The position numbers and the translations under genes were made by a program. The notes below the pieces were generated by a model. It had not been told where the DNA came from. It did no database searches and saw only the letters and a program-made list of their open reading frames with translations. From Octopus bimaculoides (taxonomy: Eukaryota), in contig NC_068994.1 of assembly GCF_001194135.2 (NCBI RefSeq), forward strand, positions 16,783,551 to 16,847,550: a stretch of DNA of 64,000 bases. Direction: 5' to 3'. This document shows positions 52,466 through 64,000 of this stretch, piece by piece (the stretch's first letter is position 1; each line of letters opens with the position of its first letter).

Positions 52466-53042
52466 TATTATTATTATTATTGAGTGAGAGAGCAGTGCAT
52501 GCCATCAAAATGACACTGGGGTAAAATATACGAAGCCCAATATACCCATCATGACAACTCGTCTGATAAGGGTACATCAGGCACATGCATCACAACCATA
52601 TGTGTGTGACATGGTCTCATATCAAGATGCACAGCACATGACCTTGCAGGTGGGGCCCAATTAAAATTTTCTTCAGATTGAGTAACCCATCCCACTCAAA
52701 AGGTCCTTGAATAAGGGCTGTTTAAGGATGTTGAACAAAACACCCATGTTTCCAAAGGTGAATTATTTAAACCCCAAAGAATTCCTCTCAACACATGACT
52801 ATGATGCTCCCCCACTACTTCTGCTCGTGATCAGAGATGCACATATTGTCAGCCACCAAGGGACATACTCAAATGGTTAAGGTCAAACAACTGACAAGCA
52901 AATCTGTGGTATTGAGCAGAATATTTGCTGTAGTCCATTTTTTTATACCAAGACAAAACAATGTACATGATAACACTTCCAATCAATTAAGATCAAAAGC
53001 TATGAGAGCCACTGCCTGGTACTGCATCAGGGCATTTATTAT
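52466..53042 (-). mobile_element. Unclassified repeat D with (AAT)n tail (retroposon-like)
   Basis: Ends on the minus strand in (AAT)n at 52466-52481; shares about 165 bp with repeat E. Confidence 0.55.
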
Positions 53043-54129
53043 NNNNNNNNNNNNNNNNNNNNNNNNNNNNNNNNNNNNNNNNNNNNNNNNNNNNNNNNNN
53101 NNNNNNNNNNNNNNNNNNNNNNNNNNNNNNNNNNNNNNNNNNNNNNNNNNNNNNNNNNNNNNNNNNNNNNNNNNNNNNNNNNNNNNNNNNNNNNNNNNNN
53201 NNNNNNNNNNNNNNNNNNNNNNNNNNNNNNNNNNNNNNNNNNNNNNNNNNNNNNNNNNNNNNNNNNNNNNNNNNNNNNNNNNNNNNNNNNNNNNNNNNNN
53301 NNNNNNNNNNCCCTTTTTTTTTAAAAAATATATAGTAGGAGTTTGAGAGATTTAGGTGTTATTTCTTGCAGATTGAGTTTCTGTCATTGATTCATACTTT
53401 CTCCAGTCAAGTATTAAGCTATATGAACTGTTTAAGTCTTGATATGATAGTTAATTCACAATAAATTCAATCCATTGAATTGTCTTGGAATTCATTTGTT
53501 TCTATTATTCGCTCTTAGGTAATGTATGTGCATCACAAGTTATCATTTTCCTTCACTCCCACTATAAATCTGTAGTTTCAACCAGTCTAAGAAATCATAA
53601 AATTATGGCATGTGATTATGTCTTGATAATTTTTCTTGTCTTTTTTTTTTAATGTTGTTAAATTGCATCTGTGACCTTGTTTTCATTGTTGTAGTTCTCA
53701 ACATCTGATACCGCTTTAAAAATTTATAAATTCACATCACTTCTTTGTTTGAGCTTCAATGCTTTATACTTACATCAGAAATGCTTATTAAGCCACCTCT
53801 AAGTCAGTAAGAATTCTTTAGTGCAAGTGTCATTAAAAAAAATCCCACCTGGTGTACTATGTCAACCCAGGCATCCAGATTTGAAAACCTCATGTAATAC
53901 ATTACATGGTCTAGGTACTTAGATACTCTATTGCATCCAGTCTAAGCCAGCATAGAGACCTGAAGATGGCAGCTCATTGTTTATGAGAAAGAAATGAAAT
54001 TATATTCTATTCTCTACATAAGAGCTAACATTAGCAGTCTTTTGTAACAGCAGCCAGTGTTTGTCATTAATAATTCATATATTTCATACTTATTTAACGG
54101 CATTGAGTTGATGTTTGTTCTTAATTCAG

Positions 54130-54213
54130 TTAGACGATGAAGAATTAGCAAAGAAACTTCAACAAGAAGAAAACAATTTCCGTTCTCGGCCAAGATCTGT
54201 CAAAAAAACTCCA
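54130..54213 (+). CDS. spp27: spp27-like coding exon (84 nt, phase 0-0): LDDEELAKKLQQEENNFRSRPRSVKKTP
   Basis: aattcAG acceptor, CCA|gtaagt donor; DEELAKKLQQEE resembles the D-x-x-LA-x-x-LQ-x-EE linker motif of UAF30/Tri1-family proteins. Confidence 0.88.
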
Positions 54214-54605
54214 GTAAGTAATGTTTATGATATTGTTTCAGAAATAGTTAATAACCTATTGAGGTTATTAACTAACATTTGCTAACAGCATTATGTTAAT
54301 GGAAATAATTTGTATTGTAATTCTTATTGTTAGTTCTGTAATTTTTTTAGAGACTGTTGTTAGCAGCACTGTTCTAATTATTAATTATGCTCCCAACGAG
54401 TTTATTGAAAATGTATATAATTACATATTGGCTTCAACTGTTCTTGACTGACATTGCTATAATCAAAATTTGGGTTGATTTTGCTGAGTTTTGCACGGTT
54501 AAAAATGAAAATTTATATAAATTACTAAACTAAAAGCAGCCTGAAGAAACTATGGATTGGTCTGCATGGGGCAAAATTACACTAACAAAATTTTATTTTT
54601 TGTCT

Positions 54606-55045
54606 TAGGTCAGTAAGTGTTATTTCCTATTTCTATCTTGAAATCAAAGGAAATGATTACCATACCCTGCAAACTTTGTTTTTTTTTATCTGGACATCAC
54701 TGTTTTGAAACTGACCTATTTTCTATTACATTTCAGACATATTCAGTACTGAGTTGCTGAAGCAGAAATATTGTTATAGCAAATATTCTGCTCAATACCA
54801 CAGATTTGCTTGTCAGTTGCTTGACTGTAAACACTTGAACATGTCTCTTGGTGGCTGACAATGTGCATCTCTGATCATGAGCAGGAGTAGTGGGGAAGCA
54901 TCATAGCCATGTGTTGAGAGGGATTCTTTGGGGTTTGAATAAATGTAACAAAAGCAAAGTTTGAAGGAAATGTTAGTCATTTTTCATACTTTTTAGGGAT
55001 AAGCAAATGGGAAATAACAGTTGCTACCCAAGAACAAAAATCATG
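54606..55045. mobile_element. Unclassified repeat E (about 440 bp, imperfect TIR-like ends)
   Basis: Copies at 54606-55045 and 28680-29125 (same orientation) and about 27250-27690 (opposite); ends share TGTTATTTCC / GGAAATAACA. Confidence 0.65.
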
Positions 55046-56616
55046 TTACATAGTGTTATGTAAAGAAGTTTGTGAATTTAGATAAACTTGTCTTCTGTAG
55101 AGGGACAAAAGAATTCTTTCAGTTTAATAAAATCTCTTTATCAGAGAGAGATAGAGAGAAACTTTTTGTAGTTTATGGTGATGTTAGTATAGAAAATACA
55201 AAAAGGTTTCTTCAGCAAAGAGCTTTATTCAAAACATTAGGCCACTTGTCTCCCCATAGCATACAAACTTCACTAAATTTGCAGCTTGTTTTACTTTAAG
55301 ATGTTTGCTTTGAATTGAGTACTTTCTAGAAATATCTGCATACCCATGAATTAGTCATTTAAGCCACATTTTTAATTTTGATATTTTAGTCACCACATAT
55401 GTTTAGTGCCAGTAACTCATGTCCCAGATATGTCACGGTTCCTTTAAATTAATATTGATAGTCACAACTGACCAAATTGTGTACAGTGCCAGTCTAACTT
55501 TATATTCCCACACTGCATTGTTCTTGCTCACGTAAGTTAGATACAATAACAGTATACAGCAAGAGGCAGTATATTTGAATGGTTTATAGCTTGAAATGCA
55601 GAGCTGGAATTCTCACATGATCCAGAAGAAAGCAAGGGCATGTTAGTTTAGTGTGTCTGCCTTTGAAGTTGTGTTTGCCTTCCTCTGATGTTAAATCACC
55701 CATTGATCTCTGATTAGAAGTCAAGCAATTGACACTAGACACTTGCATAAAAAAATAAAGATATATTGATTTCTTATCTTGATACAGAGTCGCATATTTT
55801 TGGGGAAGGGTATGTAGTGGATTGAATTTTATTTTAACAATCCTGGTGAGAGAATAAGTACCAGATTTGTAGGGCAATGAAAGTATGTAATCTAAGGTGT
55901 ATAGTCTAGCACTCTTCTTCTCCTGACATTCCACTGTATTACAAAAGCAAGAAAGTCAACATCATACTGATTTTTCTGTCTTATCTATGTAACAATTTTC
56001 AAATGGAAAGGTTAATATGTCACTACTGAATATCGACTTATTGTACAAGTAATTTAGAATTTCTTGAACCCAGAGTTTGCTCCTCCTCTTTCTCTGTAAA
56101 TCTGAACTTTCATATCTGTGCATAAAAATTAATAAAGTAATTTCTTTGAAATTACTTTTGTCACTATTATTCCTGGAAGGATGAAAGATGAAGCTAATTG
56201 TGCCAAGATCAACTTTGCCTTTTATCCTTTCAGAGTTGATGAAATAAATTTCCATTGAAGTGCTGGGAGAATGTTTAATTGATTATCCCTTCTTGCTCTC
56301 TGAATTTCTGGCTTGTGCATATGTTAGAAATTATTGTTACCAAGAGATTATTGTTAATAGTACCAAGCTGGAAGTGGTGTGGCACTCTTAATTTTTCTAG
56401 GCTCATACAAACTGGTGAGAGTGTGGTGTTGTGGTTGATGTTTAATTTGAACTTTTATAAGTTGATACCAGTCGATAAAATGTAGGCATCTCTGAAAAAT
56501 GAGTGAGCTAAGGATTTATACTGTGTCCATAGGATAAGACATGGTGGCCAAGAACAGAAAGGCTGGTGTGTTGAGTATGCCAGAGTGAAGGTGGGACACA
56601 ACTTATTTATTTAGAG

Positions 56617-56963
56617 CAGTGGTTCTCAATCAGGGTCTAGATGACATCTGGAGGTCCATATAAGATTGTTAGGGGTCCACACTAGGAAAATAATAAATTG
56701 GGAGATCTATAGTCGTATTTTAAGGGTCCATGAAAAGTTTTGATTTAAATGTATCTGTTGCAAGAAACAGCTAGGTTTCTTTCTCTAACATTTTACATCA
56801 TTCTACCTATACAAGTGAATAAATGAATAACAAAATGGAAATTTTGAAAGGAATATCTATAAAATTTGTTTTTAAACATCAAATAGCTATGGGGGGGGGG
56901 GGGCCACCAGAACAGAAGAGCAATCAAAGGAGTCCATCGGCAAAAAATGATTGAGAACCATTG
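56617..56963 (+). mobile_element. Intact hAT (Buster/Charlie-type) MITE
   Basis: TIR CAGTGGTTCTCAAT/ATTGAGAACCATTG; perfect 8-bp TSD ATTTAGAG with central TA (56609-16, 56964-71). Confidence 0.9.
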
Positions 56964-58178
56964 ATTTAGAGGAACAACGGCTGCCCACTTGTAAAGGGTT
57001 GCCCATGCCTGATATAAAATATATTTGTTGATCTTCTGTTAAAGTTTCACCTGTCTTGTTTTGATGTTGTTGCAGCAGGTTGAGAGAATTGTGCATTGTA
57101 TTGTGATGATACAATTAATATTTGTAAAAGATATGAAAAAGTAGATATAGTGTTTGATAACATACATGTGTGTGAGGTGTTCAGATATGCTGCAGGGTGA
57201 CTTGTAACATATCTAGCTATGGAAAAAAGCATTACTTTGCTTGGAAACAGGTGAGAGTTGGCAACAGAAATGGTGTCTGGCCATAGAAAATCTGCCTCAA
57301 CAAGTTCCATCTGACCTATGCAAGCATGCAACAGTGGAGCTTGATGCTGTCCTATGGCTCACTAGCTCCTGTCTGATTCATACCAGCATGGAAAACTGAT
57401 GTTAAATGGTGATGAGTAAATATACTGCCGGGAAACAACAGAAACCCCTACTGTATTTTTAGTAAGACACATGATGAAACATCAAACAGCATGAATGTCC
57501 ATGATTACCAATGTCTGTAGGCATGGCACCTAAAGAGAGGGAGATAGACATAAACCCACGTACACACACATATATTCATATAAAAATACATACACATCCA
57601 TATGCATATATTTACATACACGCACATGTATATTTACCTGCCTATATGTACACATCTTTATACAGATAAATATATACATCCATATGAGTGTATACTTCCC
57701 ACCTCACACTCTTGTAATCTATCCAACCACACATCTCTTTCTCATCCTCTTGCAGTGAGGGTTGACAACAGGAAGGGCATCTGGCCATAAAAGATCTGCT
57801 TTAACAAATTCCATCTAACCCATGCCGACATAGAAAAATGGATGTTAAAACAATGATGAGGATGATAATGCTGCACTGTCCCAGCCCTCTCTCTCTCTCA
57901 CTCATATTTCTTAGAGCCCTTTCTTTTTCCCTTGTCCAATTACTCAGTGAGCTGACACTGATTAAATGTTTTATGTACTAGACTTCACTATTCTTTAGCT
58001 CTTACAAGGCTAATTTAGACAAGGTGTTATCCATATATGTTGCAATTAAGATTTTTTTCAGTGACAGTATGAGAGACTTTCTTCTCTAAACAAAACAAAA
58101 AAAAAAATGTGTTTTCTGGAAATGTTGTTGAAATTCTAATTACTGTTTACTTCATTTAATACACTTGTTTTTTTCCAG

Positions 58179-58218
58179 GCACCTCCTAAAAAAGAAAGAA
58201 AACAAAAAGATGGAAAAG
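58179..58218 (+). CDS. spp27: spp27-like coding exon (40 nt, phase 0-1): APPKKERKQKDGK
   Basis: ttttttccAG acceptor, AAG|gtatgt donor; phase 1 end matches the next exon. Confidence 0.85.
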
Positions 58219-59660
58219 GTATGTTATACACAGTTGTACTTTCATGTTTCAAATTACACACATGTGAATGTTTGTAATTACATTTATGTTGAGATAAACA
58301 CAAACATATGCTAAATATCTTCTTCCATTCAAAGATTTCAAATCTTTAAAATATAACCCTAGAAACTGTCTGTCTGGTTCGTTATCAAACTTCTAAGTTA
58401 TTAGACATTAGAAGATACCTCATAAACGGATGCATGTTTGTGTATGTGTATAAATATATATATTTATATATAAGAGGATGATTTTATAACTTTGTTAAAC
58501 CAAAAAGCAATTTCATTAAACTGAAGAACAAAAATAAAAATAAGACTGCAGCTGGAAGTGCTCAGGTGACACCAAGGCGAAAGGAGAAATAAATTGAAAG
58601 GTATAATGAATAAACACTCCAATCAGTCAGAACTTGAAATCATTCCCAAATTTTCCAAAATGAAATATAAATACACTACATCTCTGAGAAACTATTAAAC
58701 TTTCAAGAATCCACTCCATTACTGTGCAAAACAATATGTGTATCTGTGTTTGTGTGTGTGTTCCCTTGTTTTGATATCATCAGATGGTTAGAAATGAAGC
58801 TATGCTCTTTCCAGTTTTCTGTGAAAAACATTTGGTTATGGGAAACCATTACTTTGCTTAGAAAAAGATAAGTGTTGGTAATGGCATCCAGCTGTAAAAC
58901 AATCTGCCTCAATGAATTCTGACTCATGAAAAAGTAGATGTTACAATGATGATGAAGATGATATATATATTCCATGGTAGAGCACAATTTGTCATTATAG
59001 ACAAGTGGCCTTTTTGGCTTGGCTGTTTTGAGCTGAAATCTTCTCATTGCCTGAAATTCTGTCTGGCACTACTTCATTGTATTTCAACATGAGAAGTGAT
59101 GTTCTCTGGTGACATCTTAAAAACCTGATGATTTAAGCAATGTTATTGATACTGCTGAAGATGATATGAAATGCATGTAATAAAACTGAACTCCTAAAAA
59201 TATCTGAATTTCCAAAACCAGTCAACTCAACTTCTCATTTTCATTAGTTTACCTTTTAATTGGACTTGGAACAAGTTCATCAAGCTGTTTGTGAACTGGT
59301 TTCAGTTCTTAATACCTTTACTGCATTTGCCTCACTCAAGTTCTTGGGAATGGTATAAATATTGTAACTCTCACATTTTCTTCACACCTAATTATCACAG
59401 GTCTCTCTCACACATACACATGCACACAGCCGATTATCCTTTGCTACTGTTTGAAGGTGGATCCTTCAATATAGTCCCATGTTGTGGAATATGCAATGAT
59501 TATAAAAAAAAATCCCTAGTCTTTGTGAATGTAGAAATTAATGTCAGTGACCAAGTTTGAACCATTAATCGTAACCCATTCTTTCTAATACACTGTTTAA
59601 CAAAGCTTATTTTACATGAAATCACTATTGTAATTTTCTGTTTTATGTTCTACTTCACAG

Positions 59661-59731
59661 CCCGAGTGTCTATTTACAGCAAGCCATGTATATTATCTGG
59701 TGAATTAGCAGTTGTTATGGGAACAGACAGA
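59661..59731 (+). CDS. spp27: spp27-like coding exon (71 nt, phase 1-0): ARVSIYSKPCILSGELAVVMGTDR, start of SWIB domain
   Basis: cttcacAG acceptor, AGA|gtaagt donor; Y-x-K-P-x-x-LS-x-ELA-x-x-x-G is the SWIB N-terminal signature. Confidence 0.92.
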
Positions 59732-60104
59732 GTAAGTAGGACAAATGTTTTCTTCCAAGATACTGCATTTACATCTCACTTTTCCTCTCTTATTCATTTG
59801 AGTATATTTCTGGAAATTTGACTGTGATGTGTACAAATTGTTGCAGCAAGTATTTTATTGCTATTAAGTTCTTTTCTATCTATGGGATTATGTTAACATA
59901 AGAAGTAATAATCTTTAGTGTTTCAAATATAATAGTTAAACAGAATATAGTTTGGTATAGTGACATTTAGACAAGATAGTGAATTTTTGTTAAAGGTGGG
60001 GAAGCATATTTGGGAATTCAAGAGTTTGACATCAGTGTTTTTGAGATATCACTGCAGTTTGTTTCTAGCTCTGGTTGATATTGTCTTTTATTCATTATTT
60101 TTAG

Positions 60105-60164
60105 ATGGCAAGGAAAGATGTTGTCAAAAGTATGTGGAAAATAGTCAAAGAAAGAGAACTTGAA
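60105..60164 (+). CDS. spp27: spp27-like coding exon (60 nt, phase 0-0): MARKDVVKSMWKIVKERELE, SWIB helix
   Basis: tttttAG acceptor, GAA|gtaagt donor; R-x-x-VVK-x-x-W-x-x-x-K-x-x-x-L SWIB pattern. Confidence 0.93.
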
Positions 60165-61021
60165 GTAAGTATTTGTATCTTTTCCCAAACTCTGTTCAAC
60201 ATTTTTGCAATCTGTAAGGAAGGTTAATGCCTTAACTGTTTTCTTTTTTTAAATATCTCATTGTCTTAAATTCCTAACATCCTCAAATAAACAGACTTGA
60301 AAGCAATCTTGTAGATGAAATTTAATTTACTTGGGAAGAAACAATTGTTTCCTATTGATTTCTCTAGACTTGTCAGATAATTTACATTACTAGCTAATCA
60401 AATACTAATTGAGTTAAATGTTGTACCCACTGTTTACAGTAATGAATGGTCTCTCTGAATTACTTATATTAACTAAGAGAGTAAAAATTATGTATCTTTA
60501 TCATGGCAGCGAGCTGGTAGAAACATTAGCATGCCAGGCAAAATGCTTAGCTGTATTTCACCTGTCTTTACGTTTTGAGTTCAAATTCTGCTGAGGTCGA
60601 CTTTGCCTTTCATCCTTTCAAGATTGATAAATTAAGTACCAGTTGCGTACTGGGGTCAACCTAATCGACTGACTTCCTTTTCCAAAATTTCGGGCTTTGT
60701 GCCTAGAGTAGAAAAGATTATGTATCTTAGTCAGGACTGTTATGCAAACTGGCAGAATTATATCCCATACTTAATCTTCTGTTGAAATAAATGTCTGTTA
60801 TCTTAAGCATCAAGAACAAGATATAGAGCATGTAATACCATAACTTGAAACAATAATCCAATAATAGACTGAAACCATATATCTACTTGTCTGTTGTAAT
60901 TCAATTAAACTCTTTCTGAATTTGTTACTCAATAATGCTTTAGCCATTTAGTTTATCAACTTCAATGATCGTGTGTTTTAAATGTTAGGCATAATTAATG
61001 TATTTTCAACGTCTCTTTCAG

Positions 61022-61076
61022 GATCCTAAAAACAAACAGTTCATGATTTGTGATGAGCAACTTCAGAAAGTCTTTG
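61022..61076 (+). CDS. spp27: spp27-like coding exon (55 nt, phase 0-1): DPKNKQFMICDEQLQKVF
   Basis: ctctttcAG acceptor, TTG|gtaata donor; DP-x-x-K-x-x-x-x-CD-x-x-L-x-x-x-F SWIB core. Confidence 0.93.
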
Positions 61077-62135
61077 GTAATATATGGAATATTAACTACT
61101 TTTTACCTCTCCTTCACTTGTTCTTTCAACATGCTATTACAATGTTTATGATTTGAAACTCAGCAAAGTTGCATGTATTGTTGTAAATTAAATAAAGGTG
61201 CCTGTGGACCTCTAACACAAAATATATCTGGTCTGTGAACCTCTTCTGTTTAGTCATTCATCTCTTCTCTTTGATCATGTTGCTTTCAGGGATTCTTATG
61301 ACTCCATTATTATGAATTTGAATTGAGATCTTGAGTCATAATAAATCTTTCATTAGCTGATTATTCAACCATAGATACCCCCCCCCCCCGGATGCATTGC
61401 AGTTACTCTCTCGATAGAGCTTGGTGGTCCTGACTGTTGATCTTCTAGGACTCCTCCACTCCACATTAATGTAAGAAGCACTGTTGACTCAGGTGAGCCC
61501 TTCTACTACCTCTTCACAATCTGCCATGTTGCAGTCCCATGACTTTGCTGTATCCTTGGCAGGCTGAATGGGTGCTACACCTTGCCAAAAGGCAACCCGT
61601 AATTATGCAAGGCATGGTTGTTGCTCCACGAGGTATTTTCAAAATACTCACATACCCATGAGTCATTAATAATTGTATTTTACTTTTTTTTTTTCTGCTG
61701 CTGTTGAGCCCCAGTTTTTTCCTGACCTAGCAAACCTATGATCAGATGTCCCACCTGTGGCCAAAATGTTTTTTACAGGCAGAGAATCCAATATGTCCTT
61801 TATTTAAAGACATTAGGCAATATTATGAAGATTTGCTTGCTATCATTATCAGGTTGTGGGACTAGTGATTTTGTTGTTTGGTTTAGATGGTAAATACCCA
61901 TCATTGGAGTAAATTCAAAAACACATTTTTCTGACACTCTAACAATTCTGCCAGCTTCCTATATAGGTTTGTTCATTATAATTTTCCTTCTACTAGACTT
62001 GACCTACAGCAATGTTGAAAATACAAAACGTACCCCAAGATTCTGACTTGAAGCTTCTCTCTCTCTCTCTCTCACTGATCAAGTATTGTTGTACATCAGA
62101 TTTCATTATATCCTATTTTTGTTTACAATTTATAG

Positions 62136-62206
62136 GGAGAAAACGGGTCAGGACATTTGGAATGATGAAACATCTTAAAAATCACATCAAAGATGCTGTG
62201 GACTAA
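62136..62206 (+). CDS. spp27: spp27-like last coding exon: GRKRVRTFGMMKHLKNHIKDAVD-stop
   Basis: tttatAG acceptor; phase 1 start; F-x-M-x-K-x-L-x-x-H SWIB C-terminus; TAA at 62204-62206 (matches ORF track 62012..62206). Confidence 0.93.
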
Positions 62207-62224
62207 ATCATGTGAGTATTATTA

Positions 62225-63490
62225 AACTATACAGATCACAGTCATGGTTACTACTACACCGTAACATAAAATCCTCATTATTGACATTTTAGCATCTGAT
62301 ACCACTGCATCCTTTATCTTCCTTTTCCATAGTTACCAATTGCAATACTTGCTTAGCTGCTTACACAGCTCAGCCTCTTGTGCAGGTTAACATTATGCAT
62401 CCAATGGATTGTGATCACCTAGTTTCTCTTTTACCTCCAGATTTTTCCATGTAGTTACTTATGTTTCGCTATTTCACACTTCTTATACATCCTTCCTCCC
62501 TCTTGCATGGAGAATCTTACATTTACAGCTGATAAATGCAGTAGCTTGCTGAACTTCTTTTGGCTCTTTCTTCACTTAAGCAACTACATTTTCGTTACAT
62601 CAAACTCCTGCAATAATTAGTTCATGTAGGTAACATAAATTAATCAAGTGAGTTAGCTGTCTGAGATTTGTTAGATCTTGTAACAAAATTCATGAACTTA
62701 ACTGCACTTGTGGATTTACCATCTTTGAAGAAATTCTCTTTCTCCTTTAAGTCTGCAAGAGATCTCACCACCTTTTTTGTGTATGCATTAATTGCACCTA
62801 GTGCACAATACTGAATTCCCTCTTAATGTCTTTCCTACACAACAAGCAACGCTACTTTCCAGATGTTACTGGAGATTTTGTTCTTTGTTGTTTTGTCGCT
62901 AGCACTGTGGTTTTCATCATGTTGACCTTGAATTTAGGCTTTCAACTTCGGGTATGCTTGTAATTTTTTCTGCAACCCTGACACAGATCTTGCTACAAGA
63001 ACCAAATCATCAGCATAAAAAGTTTCCAAGGACAATTGTCCTGAATTCTTACAGATTATAATAAATAAAAGTGGGTGGATGACACCTTACACATTGCGAT
63101 ACTTATTTACTTGTTAACAACTACAATCTTGCTAACTTTATCATCCACACATATTTGCATGGCTGCTACAAACCATTCAATGTTCATCTTGTTTTCCTGA
63201 TGCTCAAAGGACTTTGTGAAAGTTAGAGTAGTTTGTTCTTAGTTTTGGTTACCTCATCAAAAATATGGTATGGGTGACTCAAATTACATTCTGTTCAAGG
63301 TAATCCTGAATTTTGAAAGCTTGTTTGTATTTGCTACTTTCTAGTATATTTCCTCTGCCCTTGTGGCAGTTCACAATGATCCTGCTATGCTAGTCTTGTT
63401 AAGGATTGCATCTTCCTGTACTAAATAACTGGCCTATGACCAACATAACCTCATGTGTTTAGCATTTTAGTAACTATTCCTTGTAGACAA
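62225..63490 (-). mobile_element. RTE-clade LINE reverse transcriptase remnant (antisense, downstream of the stop codon)
   Basis: Minus strand FYADDLVLVA at about 63020-62990, then Cys-rich CRK..NSVLCTRCN..HKK and RWY-like C-terminal motifs; heavily frameshifted. Confidence 0.8.
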
Positions 63491-63529
63491 CTGCTTTGTT
63501 TGTGTTTAATTCTTTAAATAGAATTACTA

Positions 63530-63935
63530 TCGAGTTAAATTCGACGACTGGCACCCATGCCAACGTCGTCTCTTTCATTGGACACGAAACTTATTGGGGC
63601 AAGCGAAAGCGAAATCGTGATGGCACCTGTGCCCAGCGTCACCTTTCTGGCACTTGTGCCTGCAGCATGTGTAAGGACTTTCGAGCGAGATCGTTGCCAG
63701 TGCCCCTGGACTGGCTCTTGTGCGGGTGGCACATAAAATACACCATTTTGAGTGTGGCCGTTGCCAGTACCACCTGACTGGCCTTCGTGCCGGTGGCATG
63801 TAAAAGCACCCACTACAATCTCTGAGTAGTTGGCGTTAGGAAGGGCATCNNNNNNNNNNNNNNNNNNNNNNNNNNNNNNNNNACCCATGCTAGCATGGAA
63901 AGCAGACGTTAAACGACGATGATGATGATGATGAT
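63530..63935 (+). mobile_element. Longest family-B copy (contains a 33-N gap)
   Basis: Extends 5' of the other copies; CpG-rich; (GAT)n tail at 63915-63935. Confidence 0.85.
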
Positions 63936-64000
63936 ATTAAAACTAGTTTTTGATTCTATGCTCCTATTTGGTAACGTGATACAGCTAATGAACTCCCATG

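Noticed and set aside
61380-61640. Possible second RTE 3' fragment between the last two coding exons
   Set aside because: Similarity to RT C-terminal motifs is too weak to call.

Overview
This is AT-rich, repeat-saturated eukaryotic (animal) genomic DNA from a gapped assembly (N-runs at 683-692, 12140-12239, 16651-17418, 53043-53310, 63850-63882). The repeat repertoire suggests an octopus or other coleoid cephalopod; this is an inference. One host gene is supported: nine phase-compatible + strand coding exons (43883-62206) encode the end of a DEK_C-like helix, an acidic tract, a Lys-rich linker and a complete SWIB/MDM2 domain, i.e. a UAF30/Tri1/spp27-like chromatin protein. Its 5' exon(s) were not identified. 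The rest is intron or intergenic sequence filled with tRNA-derived SINEs, RTE-type 3' ends, TTAA (piggyBac-type) MITEs, hAT, mariner and piggyBac remnants, and microsatellites. Nearly all ORFs in the supplied track are repeat or microsatellite artefacts. The most interesting signal is three sequence-unrelated foldback elements (8250-8915, 30698-31019, 31906-32245), each carrying minimal type-I hammerhead ribozyme cores of the Penelope-like kind. One is fused to a tRNA-type Pol III head and a GIY-YIG tail fragment, and one has a G3:C8-swapped catalytic core. All calls were made by eye; repeat boundaries are approximate (about +/-20 bp).
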